NCBI GenBank assembly: GCA_964016885.1 | Contig: OZ024741.1 | Location: 346,580,001-346,644,000, forward strand | Direction of reading: 5' to 3' | From: Eledone cirrhosa | Lineage: Eukaryota | Length of the DNA stretch: 64,000 bases | Part shown: one piece after another, positions 1-12,326 of the stretch | Layout of the letters: each line of letters begins with the position of its first letter | Numbering within the stretch: position 1 is the first letter of the stretch | Position numbers and translations under genes: made by a program | Notes under the pieces: model-generated | Database searches by the model: none | The model's input: the letters and a program-made list of their open reading frames with translations, nothing else | What the model was told of the DNA's origin: nothing

Positions 1-634
<634 letters not shown>

Positions 635-638
<4 letters not shown>

Positions 639-1762
639 AAGAGTACATGGTCAACAGTACAAAAAGGGTTTTATTTACAGTATTAACAATTGTTTCATTG
701 ATTAGTGTGTCAAAAAATTGCTAATCACTTGAAGTTGTCATTCAATTATAAATACAATGTATGCCTAATCAAATCATCGGAATAACTGATTAAAATTATA
801 CACGGCGTTTGTAATATACTAGGAAAATTCAAATCACAAGAACAGTAATAAAGAAAGAAAAAGAAAAAAGAAAAAAGAAGACGAGAGAAAAATAAAAAAA
901 TAAAAATAAAAAATAATAAATAAATAATAATAAATAAGTTAGAATGAAGACGTTAAAAAATAAGTAAAAAAATATATGTGTGAAAAAAGTGAACATAATA
1001 TGATTGTTGAAAATAGTTGTGGTGGTGGTGGTGGTTAAAGTATAAAGATGTGATGGTATAATTATGAAAATATTAAATATATACAAATGTATTGGTTAAA
1101 TTACAGAGGGTTATATTATGAAGAAATAATACAGTGATAAATAAAGGATAAATTAATAAATTGGAAGTTATGAGAGAGGGGAAGAGAACAAGATAGGATA
1201 TAATGGAAGAGGTGAAAAAGTTTTAGGGAAAGAGAGTGAAAGAAAGAAAGGTTAGGAGGTTATGATGTTGATTCTGTGATTAATTGATCTATTGACATTT
1301 AATAATAATGGGTTATTATAATAGCCTCTATGTGGTTCAGTTTGAATTATGGGATTGTTGGATCGAATCATGTTGGTTTGAAATTAGCGAATTTAGTAGC
1401 TGCTTTATGCCTACAGAAAATTGACTGTTCTATTTTACTGTTCAGCAGCATTTTGTAATACTTTAAAATAAGGAGCAACTCCATATTGCAAAGTCCGTGG
1501 TGGGACATTCCATTTCCGTAGGCCTTTGCCTTGACAATTTCAACCAGCTAATCCCAACCCTTTTTGTACTGTTGACCATGTTATTCTTAACTCTTTCACT
1601 ATTATTACTCCCAGATTAACCTGCATAGGAATTCCCGAGAATTCGCCACCTAACTAAGGAAACCTCTTGTTGAGTCAAACAACGCCATTCGTTAAAACTA
1701 TCCACAATACGGAGTACTCACAACTTCTAACTGGATTACCTATAACGATAATTTGTTATCCC
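635..1762 (-). mobile_element. Non-coding PLE-derived element (family A) between (TA)n tracts, with short 5' inversion
   Basis: Second copy at 49713-51700. 635-670 is inverted at 1556-1600. Carries an HHR near its 3' end. Confidence 0.7.
678..788 (-). ncRNA. Type I hammerhead-like motif, CCGAUGA core, long stem II
   Basis: Minus strand: CAGTTATT-CCGATGA-T TTGATTAG...CTAATCAA T-GAAA-CAATTG-TT-AATACTG. Confidence 0.65.
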
Positions 1763-1854
<92 letters not shown>

Positions 1855-1915
1855 TTATATAAATTAATAAAAATAATGAATAAACAAAGAAACAGTTCCT
1901 TATATTAAAAAATTC

Positions 1916-2049
1916 ATCATTTTACGATCGTTTCTAGGATATATATGTTAGTGTTGGTATGCATATAATATAGATCTATGTAAAATGTTTACAAACTATC
2001 AGAAGGAATATACATACCTACACATATATATGCTGTCTTCAGAAATAAT
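1916..2049 (-). ncRNA. Type I hammerhead ribozyme, canonical core, ~100-nt stem II insert
   Basis: Minus strand: ATTATTT-CTGAAGA-C AG C ATATATATG...CATATATAT C CT A-GAAA-CGATCG-TA-AAATGAT. Stem I is 7 bp; stem III is the palindrome ACGATCGT. Confidence 0.8.
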
Positions 2050-2315
2050 TGTTTCTACTTTAGGCACAAGGCCAGCAATTACCCAGTGCATTACTGGTAC
2101 TTTATTTTATCGACCTCGTAAGGATGAAAGGCTAAGTCAACCTCGGCGGAATTTGAACTCAGATCGTAAAGGGACGTAACTATGCTGGAAAGCATGGCGT
2201 CCGACTCTCTACCGATACTGCCAATCTACCGCCCTAGATAATTGTTTCTACTTTAGGCACAAGGCCAGCAATCACCCAGTGCATTACTGGTACTTTATTG
2301 TATCGACCCCGTAAG
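2043..2315 (-). mobile_element. tRNA-derived SINE (2043-2232) plus a partial second copy (2238-2315)
   Basis: Minus strand has box A-like TGGCAGTATCGG, box B GAGTTCAAATTCC and central GCCTTTCATCCTTACGAGGTCGATAAAATAAAGTACCAG (Meta-domain-like). More copies at 34652, 37100, 45572 and 45760. Confidence 0.85.
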
Positions 2316-2319
2316 CAAA

Positions 2320-2790
2320 AATAGGTCATATGCTGTCTTCAGAAATAATGATATTTGTTTATTGAAAAAAACCAACAAAGATTTAATACAATAGGTCTGT
2401 TTGGGAACAGGTTTTGAATTGACCAATAGAAAGATAGTAAAGGTCAAGATGGTAAAATAGTAGTAATAGAGCCTTAATTTAGGGGTAGAGGAAGGTAGAT
2501 TTCAGTTTTGGATGGAAAGAATATTATGAATGAAAGATTATTTTAGGGATGATAATAGGTCATATGCTGTCTTCAGAAATAATTATTTGTTCATTGAATA
2601 AAACCAACAAAGATTTAATATAATAGGTCTGTTTGGGAACAGGTTTTGAATTGACCAGTAGAGAGGTAATAACTGGCCAAATGGTATAATAGTAGTAATG
2701 GAACTTTAATTTAGGGGTAGAAGAAGGCAGATTTCAGTTTTGAATGGAAGGAGTATGATGAATGAAAAGGTTATTTTAGGGGTGAAAATA
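2320..2790. repeat. Tandem duplication of ~235 bp inside the family B 3' UTR
   Basis: ATAGGTCATATGCTGTCTTCAGAAATAAT...GATTTCAGTTTTG occurs at about 2321 and about 2555. Confidence 0.8.
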
Positions 2791-3364
2791 GGTCAGGTCG
2801 GTAAAAAGTACACGAAAAATTGCTGTTATAAAAGAATAATGCCATTGTAAATATCTAAGGAGACTAAAATTTTACGATAAAAGTGTTAGTGAAAAAAATA
2901 TATGGAATTTACATCTATGAAAATAAAATGAATTAATTAAATTGATAGGTATATTTATATTGATAAAATTATATTAATGCATATAGATATGCTAAATAAG
3001 AGTTAGATGTAATTGAAGAGTGCTGTTAAAAACGAGGGGAATTTTAAAAAATATAAAAAATATATATAATTATTGGGGGGGGGGGGGTTAAAATTATTAG
3101 TGAGAAATAACAAATATATAGAGATTACAAGGAACATAGAATCATAACCTGAAATTAAAACAGTATATATGTATACTTAATGGTATCAATTTTAGGAAAA
3201 GATAGTTGTAAAAGGGAAATAAAATTATGTAGTTCATCAGTAGTAGAATATTAATTATAGGTTAACTAAATTAAAAACAATGTTATTATAATAATTTCTA
3301 AAGTGTATATTAATTAGGTTTATAATAATTTCTAAAGTGTATATTAATTAGGTTTATAATATTT

Positions 3365-4200
3365 AAAGGTTTTTCTCAGTTTATGATTACACGATATTAT
3401 TAATTCCTGTCGCTTATTTAATAGGATATCCTTAGATTTCATTATTTCGAAAAGTTCTTGGGAACACAATCTACATTCATATCTATTATTTTGATAAGGG
3501 ATGGCCCTTTTGAGCACACTCCAGGTCAGGTCATAATCTATATTCCTCTTTCTATAATTATTAATTATTTCAGCTAAAGATGTTGTATTAGCTAATGCGG
3601 CATTTTTAAAACTGTGTTTGTGGCTATTAAATCTTACTTTAAATTGGTTAGAGGTAGCCCCTATATATGAATAAATTGAGTCCTTAGTGTTAACTTTACA
3701 TTTATATACTATGTTATTAACAAGGCAATTTCCTTTTAATGGGCAATTTGCTTTGTTTCTACAGTTACAACTTTTCGTGAATCCTGTATCAGAGGAGATA
3801 TTATGGTTAGTTTGATGTATTGGTGGTATACTCGTGGTTTTTTACATTTATATGCATTATAGGCACTTATATTTTGTTTTATGTTTTTGGTTGTTGAGTA
3901 GGAGAATTTAACCGTTGATCTATTTAAAATTTGATGGTATTTGTGGTTTGGCGGGAAGTTCTTTTCTAGGATAGTAAAAAATTTTTTAGGTGTATTATCT
4001 TTAATTTGTAAATTAAATGGAGCATTATACCAAGTAACACGTCTATTACGGTTTCGATGTTGTTTATTATTTTTATAGGATGTATCCTGATGTTTATTAA
4101 GAGAATTATTTTCATTATTTTTATTAATTTATCTTGACTCTGTTTTCCTGTATTTTTCATCGAAAAAAATTTTTGAATACATCTTCTCTTTTCATGATAT
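3365..4200 (-). pseudogene. Naiad-type PLE thumb + GIY-YIG endonuclease remnant (not in ORF track)
   Basis: Hand translation gives KNFPPNHKYHQILNRSTVKFSYSTT, SCNCRNKANCPLKGNCLVNNIVYKCKVNTKDSIYSYIGATSNQFKVRFNSHKHSF and CRLC...LLNKRQELIISCNH, with stops and frameshifts. Confidence 0.85.
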
Positions 4201-4264
4201 TCGGATTACATTGAGTTCTTCATACGGATTGGACACTACCGTGCATTTTGGTAGATTTATCTAC

Positions 4265-4332
<68 letters not shown>

Positions 4333-4344
4333 TTATATATATAT

Positions 4345-4896
4345 TTATATATGTGTGCATGTATGTATATATATATACATAGTACAGTACGTCTGTATAC
4401 ATATATGTATGTACGTATACATAGTTATATTTAAGTAACAGCCGTACTAAGAGTGAGAAATGAAATTTCGTTTCATTTTTCCGTTTATCGTTTTCGGTGC
4501 GCCCGGCCGATTAACTCACTCGATATGCAAAATAGGCTGCTCAGCTGTTAATATGCATAAGGAAAGTATATACTTTCAGATGTTCAATCATCTGGCAGGA
4601 AGGTATACGTTGCTGACGATAGCTTGAAACTAGTACAGCGTTCCTTTGTCAGTGTTGAACAAATGAGGAACGATGGTTGCTAGACACTTAATTCGGGATG
4701 CTTGTTTACAAACACACCGAGCATTATAATAAATGTTCGGTGAATCCATACGTACATATATATACGTGTGCATGTATGTATATATATATACATACTACTG
4801 TACGTCTTTATACATATATGTATCTACGTATACATACTTATATTTAAGTAAAAGCCGTACTAAGAGTGAGAAATGAAATTTCGTTTCATTTTTTCC

Positions 4897-4900
<4 letters not shown>
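4345..4900 (+). mobile_element. ~1.3 units of the ~400-nt HHR repeat (retrozyme-like)
   Basis: GCCGTACTAAGAGTGAGAAATGAAATTTCG at 4441 and 4854 (period 413). HHR lies between the repeats. Confidence 0.75.
4607..4641 (+). ncRNA. Minimal type I hammerhead motif
   Basis: ACGTTG-CTGACGA-TAGCTT-GAAA-CTAG-TA-CAGCGT. Stem II is collapsed relative to the 30932 copy. Confidence 0.65.
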
Positions 4901-4942
<42 letters not shown>

Positions 4943-4946
<4 letters not shown>

Positions 4947-6118
4947 TCAGAATATTAACAAAAATAGACATTCGTGTGATCAAGTATATTTTATTATAAA
5001 TATTTCACAGTTACTGAGCTATCTTCAATAGTACGTCCTTGAGATAACATAAGTTGATGCATTTTAATATAAAATCTCTTTAATATAAAAAAATTTTAAA
5101 TATAATTTAATATGGATTACCTTCGAGATGATGAAAATATTAAGTCTCTTCTTTCTCATGTTTGAAAATACTTTAAATATGATATTATAAATTAAATATG
5201 ATAGCATACTTTAATATAAATACTTATAAACTTTTATAGCCTGAAATATTATACTTTTAGATTAATTCATTATTTTGAACTAACATAAATTATTCGAAAT
5301 TTAACGGTCATCCGGATACGTTTGTGTATATACAATATATATAATTGATTAATACTATATTTCTAATTAACTTAAGGACTCGAAATTAAACCCTCATATA
5401 ATTACACCCAGATATATTTAAAATTTAGATTGATTGATTATTTCTAGATAATTCAAAGATTCGAAATTACTCTTTCACAAAGCTGTGCCCAAATGTATAT
5501 TTATGTATTTATATATATATATATCTTTTTGCATCATCTAATTATACGCTATTTATCCACGGCAATACAAATCTCCCTCCTTATACTTTATACTATAAAA
5601 ATTATTCCTCCTTGTCTCTCTATCCTTGATCAATTCTCTTTTGCTTTCTATACTTCTAGTAACTATCTTTTTCCTCATCTGTTTCTCTCTGTCTTTCTTC
5701 TCTGTTCAATAATTTAAATTATTTGAATCTCTAACAGTTATGTAAATTGCTATTATAAATTGTTAAGCTTTCTAACACGCACCCTCTATATTATATGTAA
5801 TTTTTTCATGTCTCAATCTTTAGGTATATAAATATTGTGTTTTGTCATATCTTATTCACTACCATGACTGAATCTTAACCATCTACTAAGTCAGGGTATG
5901 TCATGCATCATCTTATTTTATCTGATGAGGACGTACTGTTGAAGATAGCTCAATACCTCTGAAATATGTATAATAGAATACTCTTGATCACACGAATGTC
6001 TACTTTTGTTCATATTTTGAGTTAATATTAATAACTCCGGAAAACCATAACAGTGGAGTGCTTCCAATCTATTGTAAAACTCACTCTTTGATTTATTCAT
6101 TGAACCTTGTTTAACCTT
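4943..6118 (+). mobile_element. Non-coding PLE-like element with inverted 5' copy of its 3' region
   Basis: 4943-5050 is a diverged reverse complement of about 5915-6023. HHR at 5914-5980. (TA)n flanks. Confidence 0.65.
5914..5980 (+). ncRNA. Type I hammerhead-like motif
   Basis: TATTTTAT-CTGATGA-(32 nt, imperfect stem II)-GAAA-TATGTA-TA-ATAGAATA. Stem I is 8 bp. Confidence 0.6.
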
Positions 6119-7647
6119 TAAATATATATATATAATATAAAACGAAAAATCAGTGACGCATCTGAACTCAATTTATTGTGTGTTACAATTGTTTCGCCGG
6201 CTCGAGACACGATCATTGTGTGGATCTGTCTGATTCTGGATCCGGAGGTTCGACCTACACGTCTAATGATTTCGGAGCAAATTCTTTCACTGGGGTGTTA
6301 GCCTCAAAAATATCCTCTTCGCGCGTCCTGTAATTGACTGCTGTTTTTCTACGCCATAAGAATTCTGACCAACAGGTATGATTCGGTTGACTATCATCTG
6401 TCCCGTTTCTGCCACACTTCGACGAATTACTGCTGAGTTTGGTAGTTCAGACGTCCACGCGCGCACTCACACACACACACTACACACTACACACACACAC
6501 ACAGTCACATAGATAACAACATCCGTACGCATAGTCTCTCGCTATACACACACACTTAAGGAGAACATATAAACCTATAAACATACGCATACACAGACGC
6601 CTGCCTACATGCCCATATACATCAACACACACACACACATACACACACACAGGCGCACACACATGCATACACCTATATATACCCGTATACACAAACACGT
6701 ACAGACATATAGATAGACCCCCCACACACTTTTTTCCCTATTTCCCCCATGCACACGCACATACACGTGTCCATATATACAGGCACGGATACAGGCTCGC
6801 TCGCAAACACACACAACACACACCCACGCTCATATATATATATATATATATGTATACAGAAACAAGCCTTTTACCTACATTGGGTGCATGTATAGACACA
6901 CAGGCACACACTGACTCATATACATTCATATACACTCTTACAAATATGCGCATATTCACATACTTTCAGTCAAATGCCTTACACCTGTAGGACAATATAC
7001 CTCAACCACAGTGACATACTCCAGTATGGCCGGTCCACGCACCCCCATGCATGTGTATCTTTTCAATAGAGAGTCCATACTCTCCACGTATTCCATTTTG
7101 TAAGGCATATTATATTTTCCGTATACAAGCCCACGTGTATATCTCATACTTCTCTTGTGTACTATCTCATACGCATAAACGTTCCTTCTTCTTTTTATAT
7201 ATCTCTATGTGACATTATATGTATATTTTTAATATATTGTATATTTCTTTTATATATGTGTATATATGTATGTGTGTATATATATATGTATATACAGTAT
7301 ATATATGTACGTCTATATATGTATGTATATGGTTATACTGTTTATATATGTGCATGTTTATAACAAGATTCATCTTTTCATGTATGACCCTTTGTATGAC
7401 CCATTGTGTATCTTTATATGACTTTGTGTGTATATCCTATTTGTATATATATATATATATATATAATAAATAAATACAATATCGGAGAAAGCTTTTTAGC
7501 GATACTCCGGTCAAATTCCAACTCACTCAACAAACATTAGGAAATAAGTGATTATATTCCCAATTATGTGTTCGGGGTGCTAACTAAAAGTATTGCGTGG
7601 AAAATTGGCTGTATTATTTCAAATGAGACATATCTAATATATCTCTT

Positions 7648-7774
7648 CCCAGACGGACGTCTCGTTTCATTATAGGATTCCTACAATTTGGGTGAAATTA
7701 TACCAATTTATGTAGGAGCTTGTATACCATCAATAGATATATATTCAAGTGGGCTCCTATAATTCATCAGTGGG
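7648..7774 (-). ncRNA. Type I hammerhead ribozyme, canonical core, branched stem II
   Basis: Minus strand: CCCA-CTGATGA-ATTATAGGA...TCCTATAAT-GAAA-CGAGACGTCCG-TC-TGGG. GUC cleavage triplet. Confidence 0.8.
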
Positions 7775-8354
7775 TGCCCCAATAATACTAATATTGATAA
7801 TCTAACCAACATCAGCATTTAGCGATAATCACTTTCTGTGCCTGAGGTATCTGTCAGGTTGCCAGTCCAGCAGTTCTAAAAGAAGTGCTCGAACTGATTC
7901 AAAAAATGAGGAAGTGAATTACCGCCAAAAAAAAACAATACATGTGCGTGACAATGAACTCTGAAAGGAATTCAGGCCACGTGCTAAGAACTCAATTGGA
8001 AATTGAAAAAATATCTATGTGTGTACAACATTTGATGAGACACACAGATATTTTCTCGGGCAAAATAACTGAATGAGATATAAGGAACAATCAATATTCA
8101 TATATAAAAAATAAACAAAGAAATGCTAACCTTAACCGGGAATTTTTTTCAAATCTGCTGCGCCAAGAGTAAATAAATAAATACAATATCGGAGAAAGCT
8201 TTTTAGCGATACTCCGGCCAAATTCCAACTCACTCAACAAACATTAGGAAATAAGTGATTATATTCAAAATTATGTGTTCGGGGTGCTAACTAAAAGTAT
8301 TGCGTGGAAAATTGGCTGTATTATTTCAAATGAGACATATCTAATATATCTCTT

Positions 8355-8481
8355 CCCAGACGGACGTCTCGTTTCATTATAGGATTCCTACAATTTGGGT
8401 GAAATTATACCAATTTATGTAGGAGCTTGTATACCATCAATAGATATATATTCAAGTGGGCTCCTATAATTCATCAGTAGG
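8355..8481 (-). ncRNA. Second copy of the same hammerhead
   Basis: Same as 7648-7774 except stem I is CCTA/TGGG (wobble). Confidence 0.8.
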
Positions 8482-8653
8482 TGCCCCAATAATACTAATA
8501 TTGATAATCTAACCAACATCAGCATTATATATCAGTATATATCTTTGTAGGCGTGCGTGGGCCTGTATGCGAATATGCGCATATTTATAAGAGTGTATAT
8601 GAGCCAGTGTGTGTGTGTACAAGCACCCAATATAGGGAAAGGGCTTGTTTGTT

Positions 8654-8727
<74 letters not shown>

Positions 8728-9287
8728 TGCGAGCGAGCCTGTATCTGTGCCTGTATATATGGACACGTGTATGTGCGTGTGCATGGGGGAAATAGGGGCA
8801 AAAAAAGGGGGGATCTATGTATATGTCTGTACGTGTTTGTGTATACGGGTATATATACGCATATGAATGTGTGTGCGCCTGTGTCTGTGTTGATGTATAT
8901 CGGCATGTAGGTAGGCGACTGTGTATGCTTATGTTTATAGGTTTATATGTTCTCCTTAAGTGTGTGTGTATAGCGAGAGTCTATGCGTACGGATGTTGTT
9001 ATCTATGTGATTGTGTGTGTGTGGGGGGTGGGTGCGCGCGTGGACGTGTGAATTACCAAACTCAGCAGTAATTTATCGAACTTTTGCAGAAACGGGACAG
9101 CTGATGGTCAACCGAATCATACCTGTTGATCAGAATTCTGATGACGTAGAAAAACAGCAGCCAATAACAGGGGGCGCGAAGAGGATGTTTTTGACACTAA
9201 CACCCCAGTGAAAGAATTTGCTCCGAAATCATTAGACGTGTCCCTCGAACCTGCGGATCTAGAATCAGACAGATCCACACAATGATC

Positions 9288-9325
9288 ATGTCTCGAGCTG
9301 TCCGCCGGCGAAACAATTGTAACAC
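9288..9325 (+). ncRNA. Hammerhead-like motif with shortened CUCGA core (copies at 6180-6210 minus and 11376-11413 plus)
   Basis: ATGT-CTCGA-GCTG TCCGC CGGC-GAAA-CAATTG-TA-ACAC. Confidence 0.5.
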
Positions 9326-10257
9326 ACAATAAATTGAGTCACTGCATCACTGATTTTTCGGTTTATATTATATGATACTCTGGTCTGTAAGAACATAGAG
9401 TGCTCAACCGGTATACCGCCTATGGAAGCATCTTAGCTACCATCAGACACACACATATCTATATATGTATATAAGTTTGAACAATAAAGAAATTGTTTCA
9501 GAACATTTTACTCAAGCGATAAAAATAATACAGATTAAATTACACACGGAGATATTTTGGCCATGAGGAAATGGTGTAAGTCAAATAAATAGTGCAAAAA
9601 CAAACAAACAAATATAAATAAATTATTAAAAAATAAATATATAAATAGATATTATATAAATTAATAAAATCCCTTACACATATACATACATAAATATGTT
9701 TGCATTCTATACACCCCAAAATAAATAAATATATATTTACCTCTCTGTAAATACAACATCCTTTGTATGCCCTGTATGTGTAAATGTGGTATATATATAC
9801 TTAGATGTATTATATACATATAAAAATATATACATATACACATAAATATACATACTTACAGAAATACGTATGTATAAATATATGTGAATATGTATATACA
9901 TCCCTTGCGGTTGATTAGATGATACAGACACCTTTTGATGACAACGTAACTAGGTCCGAGTACCGCGTAAATGTGTGTATGAATTGTTATTTAATTTACG
10001 GGGTTTGTGTACGTATTAACCATATAAAAAATATGTACATTCAGTGGCGGAGTGGCCATGTCGTCAGCTTGCCTGATGGGAAGGGGTCCACTGGGGCCCA
10101 CGGTAGTACTTAAGGGGCTAACACAAAAACGTTGCTTTCAAAGAAAATATCCGAAGTCCTAGATAAAGAATAAAAAAAATAGGAAAAAACAAAACAAATA
10201 CAACTATTAAGCATACTAGGGCCGACTTTTACATGATATCGAGTATATATATATATA

Positions 10258-11087
10258 GACAGTTCAAGAGTAAAGCAATCTTAAATTGAGAGATAGAGAT
10301 AGCAAAGGAGAGATTGGTGAGACCTACCACATAACTCTGTCACGCACACCCACCCCATTAACGACAGAAACGAGTTAGTTATTAACTGCCACAATCATAG
10401 GGCGAATTCCTTCGCTAACAGAATATTCGACCCAACCTAGTCCTTCATCTAATCTTGCCCTTCCAGATAACTAACATGTTAAGTATTTAGCCCTACAGTT
10501 AAACACATGCATTATCTTACATTTAAGCTCCCCTGCATTATCTTAGTTATACATTTTTGTGAATTTAACTTTTCAAGGTGTTACCTCCCATGAAACCCGT
10601 CTCTACTTAATAAGATACATTTCCTAAAAGTACCCATCTTGTTACGCATAGGCGGATTTGTTTGCTATAGCCCCGACAGATGCGTAAATCTTGTTTATAG
10701 CAGACACTTAAGCTCGCCAAGACCCTTTTCGTGAACTGACAATCTGAGTAATCTTTACGAACAGGTAACCCTCTCATTTTTTAAAAATATTTTTTATTTC
10801 ATTTCCATTTTATCTATATTAATATTTTCATTATCTCATCTGAAGTTCTGGAGATCTGCTCCATAATATAACTTAAGTTACTTATCTTTCTCTGAACCAG
10901 ATCAATAACGATCTCATAATCGATTGATCCAAAAACATTATATGGAGTAGTGAAACAATTGTAAACGGACAATAAACTGCAATTAATGTTGTCATGCTTT
11001 ATTCCTTACATTAAACTGCAAATATTGTTGACACTCTTTCACTAACGTCTTCTATGTGAGATTTGTGGTCTTGATTTGCTTACATAA

Positions 11088-11090
<3 letters not shown>
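10258..11090 (+). mobile_element. Probable PLE 3' UTR/pLTR relic with HHR-like motif at 10845-10966
   Basis: GTT-CTGGAGA-T CTGCTCCATA...TATGGAGTAG T-GAAA-CAATTG-TA-AAC. (TA)n on both sides. Confidence 0.55.
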
Positions 11091-11160
<70 letters not shown>

Positions 11161-11168
<8 letters not shown>

Positions 11169-11545
11169 GTGAGGTTTTTTTTACAAAATGAAAAATAACC
11201 GAGGTGTCCTACACGAGTGGAAGTATAAAGAAGAAGGGATGAAATCGAAAATGCAACTGAAGTCTTATTTTTTTTAAAAATATATAAATTTATTTGGTTC
11301 CTTTACCGGTTTCGCAGTTCTTCTGCTTTTCAAAAGGTGAGATGAGATGGAGGGTCTGTGGTTTTTCTCACTCAAATGTCTCGAGCTACCTGCCGGCGAA
11401 ACAATTGTAACACGCAATAAACTGAGTCCAGATGCATCACTGATTTTTCGTTTTTTTATACTATCCACACTCTGCTCTGTATGAATATTGACTGGTAATT
11501 TTGGCATACAGCCTATGGAAACACCATAGCTACCATTATACACAC
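11161..11545. mobile_element. Composite: minus-strand pLTR piece (11161-11372) fused back-to-back to a plus-strand piece of another family (11376-11545)
   Basis: The left part resembles the 23708 family; the right part matches 9288-9455. One HHR-like motif on each strand. Confidence 0.65.
11300..11337 (-). ncRNA. Type I hammerhead with U3-A8 core (UUGAAAA)
   Basis: Minus strand: CCTT-TTGAAAA-GCAG AAGAA CTGC-GAAA-CCGG-TA-AAGG. Confidence 0.75.
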
Positions 11546-11552
11546 GTATATA

Positions 11553-11620
<68 letters not shown>

Positions 11621-11626
<6 letters not shown>

Positions 11627-11796
11627 TAACAGATTAAAGTTTAAGCAAGATCCCGTTAAGAGTGAAAGCAGCGATTCTTTGCTTAAACTTTAATCTGTTA
11701 CTTTAATAAATATTTGCCCTACTGTTCTTATATAATTGATATATATTTATCCTTATCGAGCCCTCTTTGGATTTTAGTCTTCAAATTTATTATTAT

Positions 11797-11800
<4 letters not shown>
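11621..11800 (+). repeat. Short fold-back element; second copy at 30166-30355
   Basis: Arms 11621-11648 / 11678-11706. Shares its start and its 3' tail CCTTATCGAGCCCTCTTTGGATTTTAGTCTTCAAA with the 30166 copy. Confidence 0.75.
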
Positions 11801-11828
<28 letters not shown>

Positions 11829-11831
<3 letters not shown>

Positions 11832-12292
11832 TAAACGGAATAGAAAATGCTGACAAATTGTTCACAGTTGAAAAATGGTTTAATTAGGAATAAAAGAGTA
11901 TTAGTGATTGTATGGGTTAGTATTCAGTTGTGGTTTTAAGTTTTTAAGTTTTTACCGGTTGCGCATTTCTAAATGCTTTTCAAAAATAATTTTGAGATAG
12001 AGTGTCCGTGCTGTTTGCTCTGATCTGATTAGTTTTGGGAATTCTACCTGTTTTTATGTTAAAAAAGTGGCTCCAGCGTTATTTTTGTGTTGCAAAAATG
12101 CTTGTAGTCAAAACAATTTTGATTGGTCGGTAGAGGTCATGTGAATGTAAAAAGTTGATTTTGCGCCAAGACTGTTTTTATGTTAAAATGTTAAAAAAAG
12201 TGGCTCCAGCAAAAATGATTGGTCAAAACAATTCTGATTGGTCGGTAGAGGTCATGTGGATAAAAAATAGGTTTTGCGCTAAGATTGAGAAA

Positions 12293-12295
<3 letters not shown>
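11829..12295 (-). mobile_element. Partial copy of the 23708-25060 family, with HHR-like motif at 11950-11986
   Basis: Near-identical to the reverse complement of about 24556-25022. Contains an internal ~120-bp direct duplication. Confidence 0.8.

Positions 12296-12326
<31 letters not shown>

Larger units (their letters stand above)
1862..4260 (-). mobile_element. 5'-truncated Naiad-type Penelope-like element (family B): thumb/GIY-YIG remnant, long AT-rich 3' UTR, HHR
   Basis: Coding remnant at about 3365-4200. HHR at 1916-2049. Internally deleted sister copy at 48736-49697. (TA)n on both sides. Confidence 0.8.
7465..8526 (-). mobile_element. Retrozyme-like element: two near-identical ~355-bp direct repeats (7465-7819, 8172-8526), each with an HHR, around a non-coding spacer
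   Basis: Period 707 bp. No ORF. 3' end abuts (TA)n. Confidence 0.8.
6130..9455 (+). mobile_element. Large fold-back element with ~820-bp diverged inverted arms (6130-6957 / 8567-9372) and a 3' tail to ~9455
   Basis: The arms are clearly reverse-complementary. A third copy of the 3' end is at 11376-11545. Hosts the nested element at 7465-8526. Confidence 0.8.

Noticed and set aside
2150-2225. Box A/box B sequence as a tRNA gene
   Set aside because: It is the multi-copy SINE head; no cloverleaf could be built.
10042-10120. CAGTGGCGGA...GGGGCCC start resembling a hAT-type MITE (similar GC-rich patch at about 33700)
   Set aside because: No matching second terminal repeat or target-site duplication was found.
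11647-11680. AGA-TCCCGTTAAGAGT-GAAA-GCAGC, here and at about 30197-30250, as a hammerhead
   Set aside because: It resembles stem II of the 53442 HHR, but the core is truncated or altered and no NUH site or stem I can be assigned. At most a remnant.
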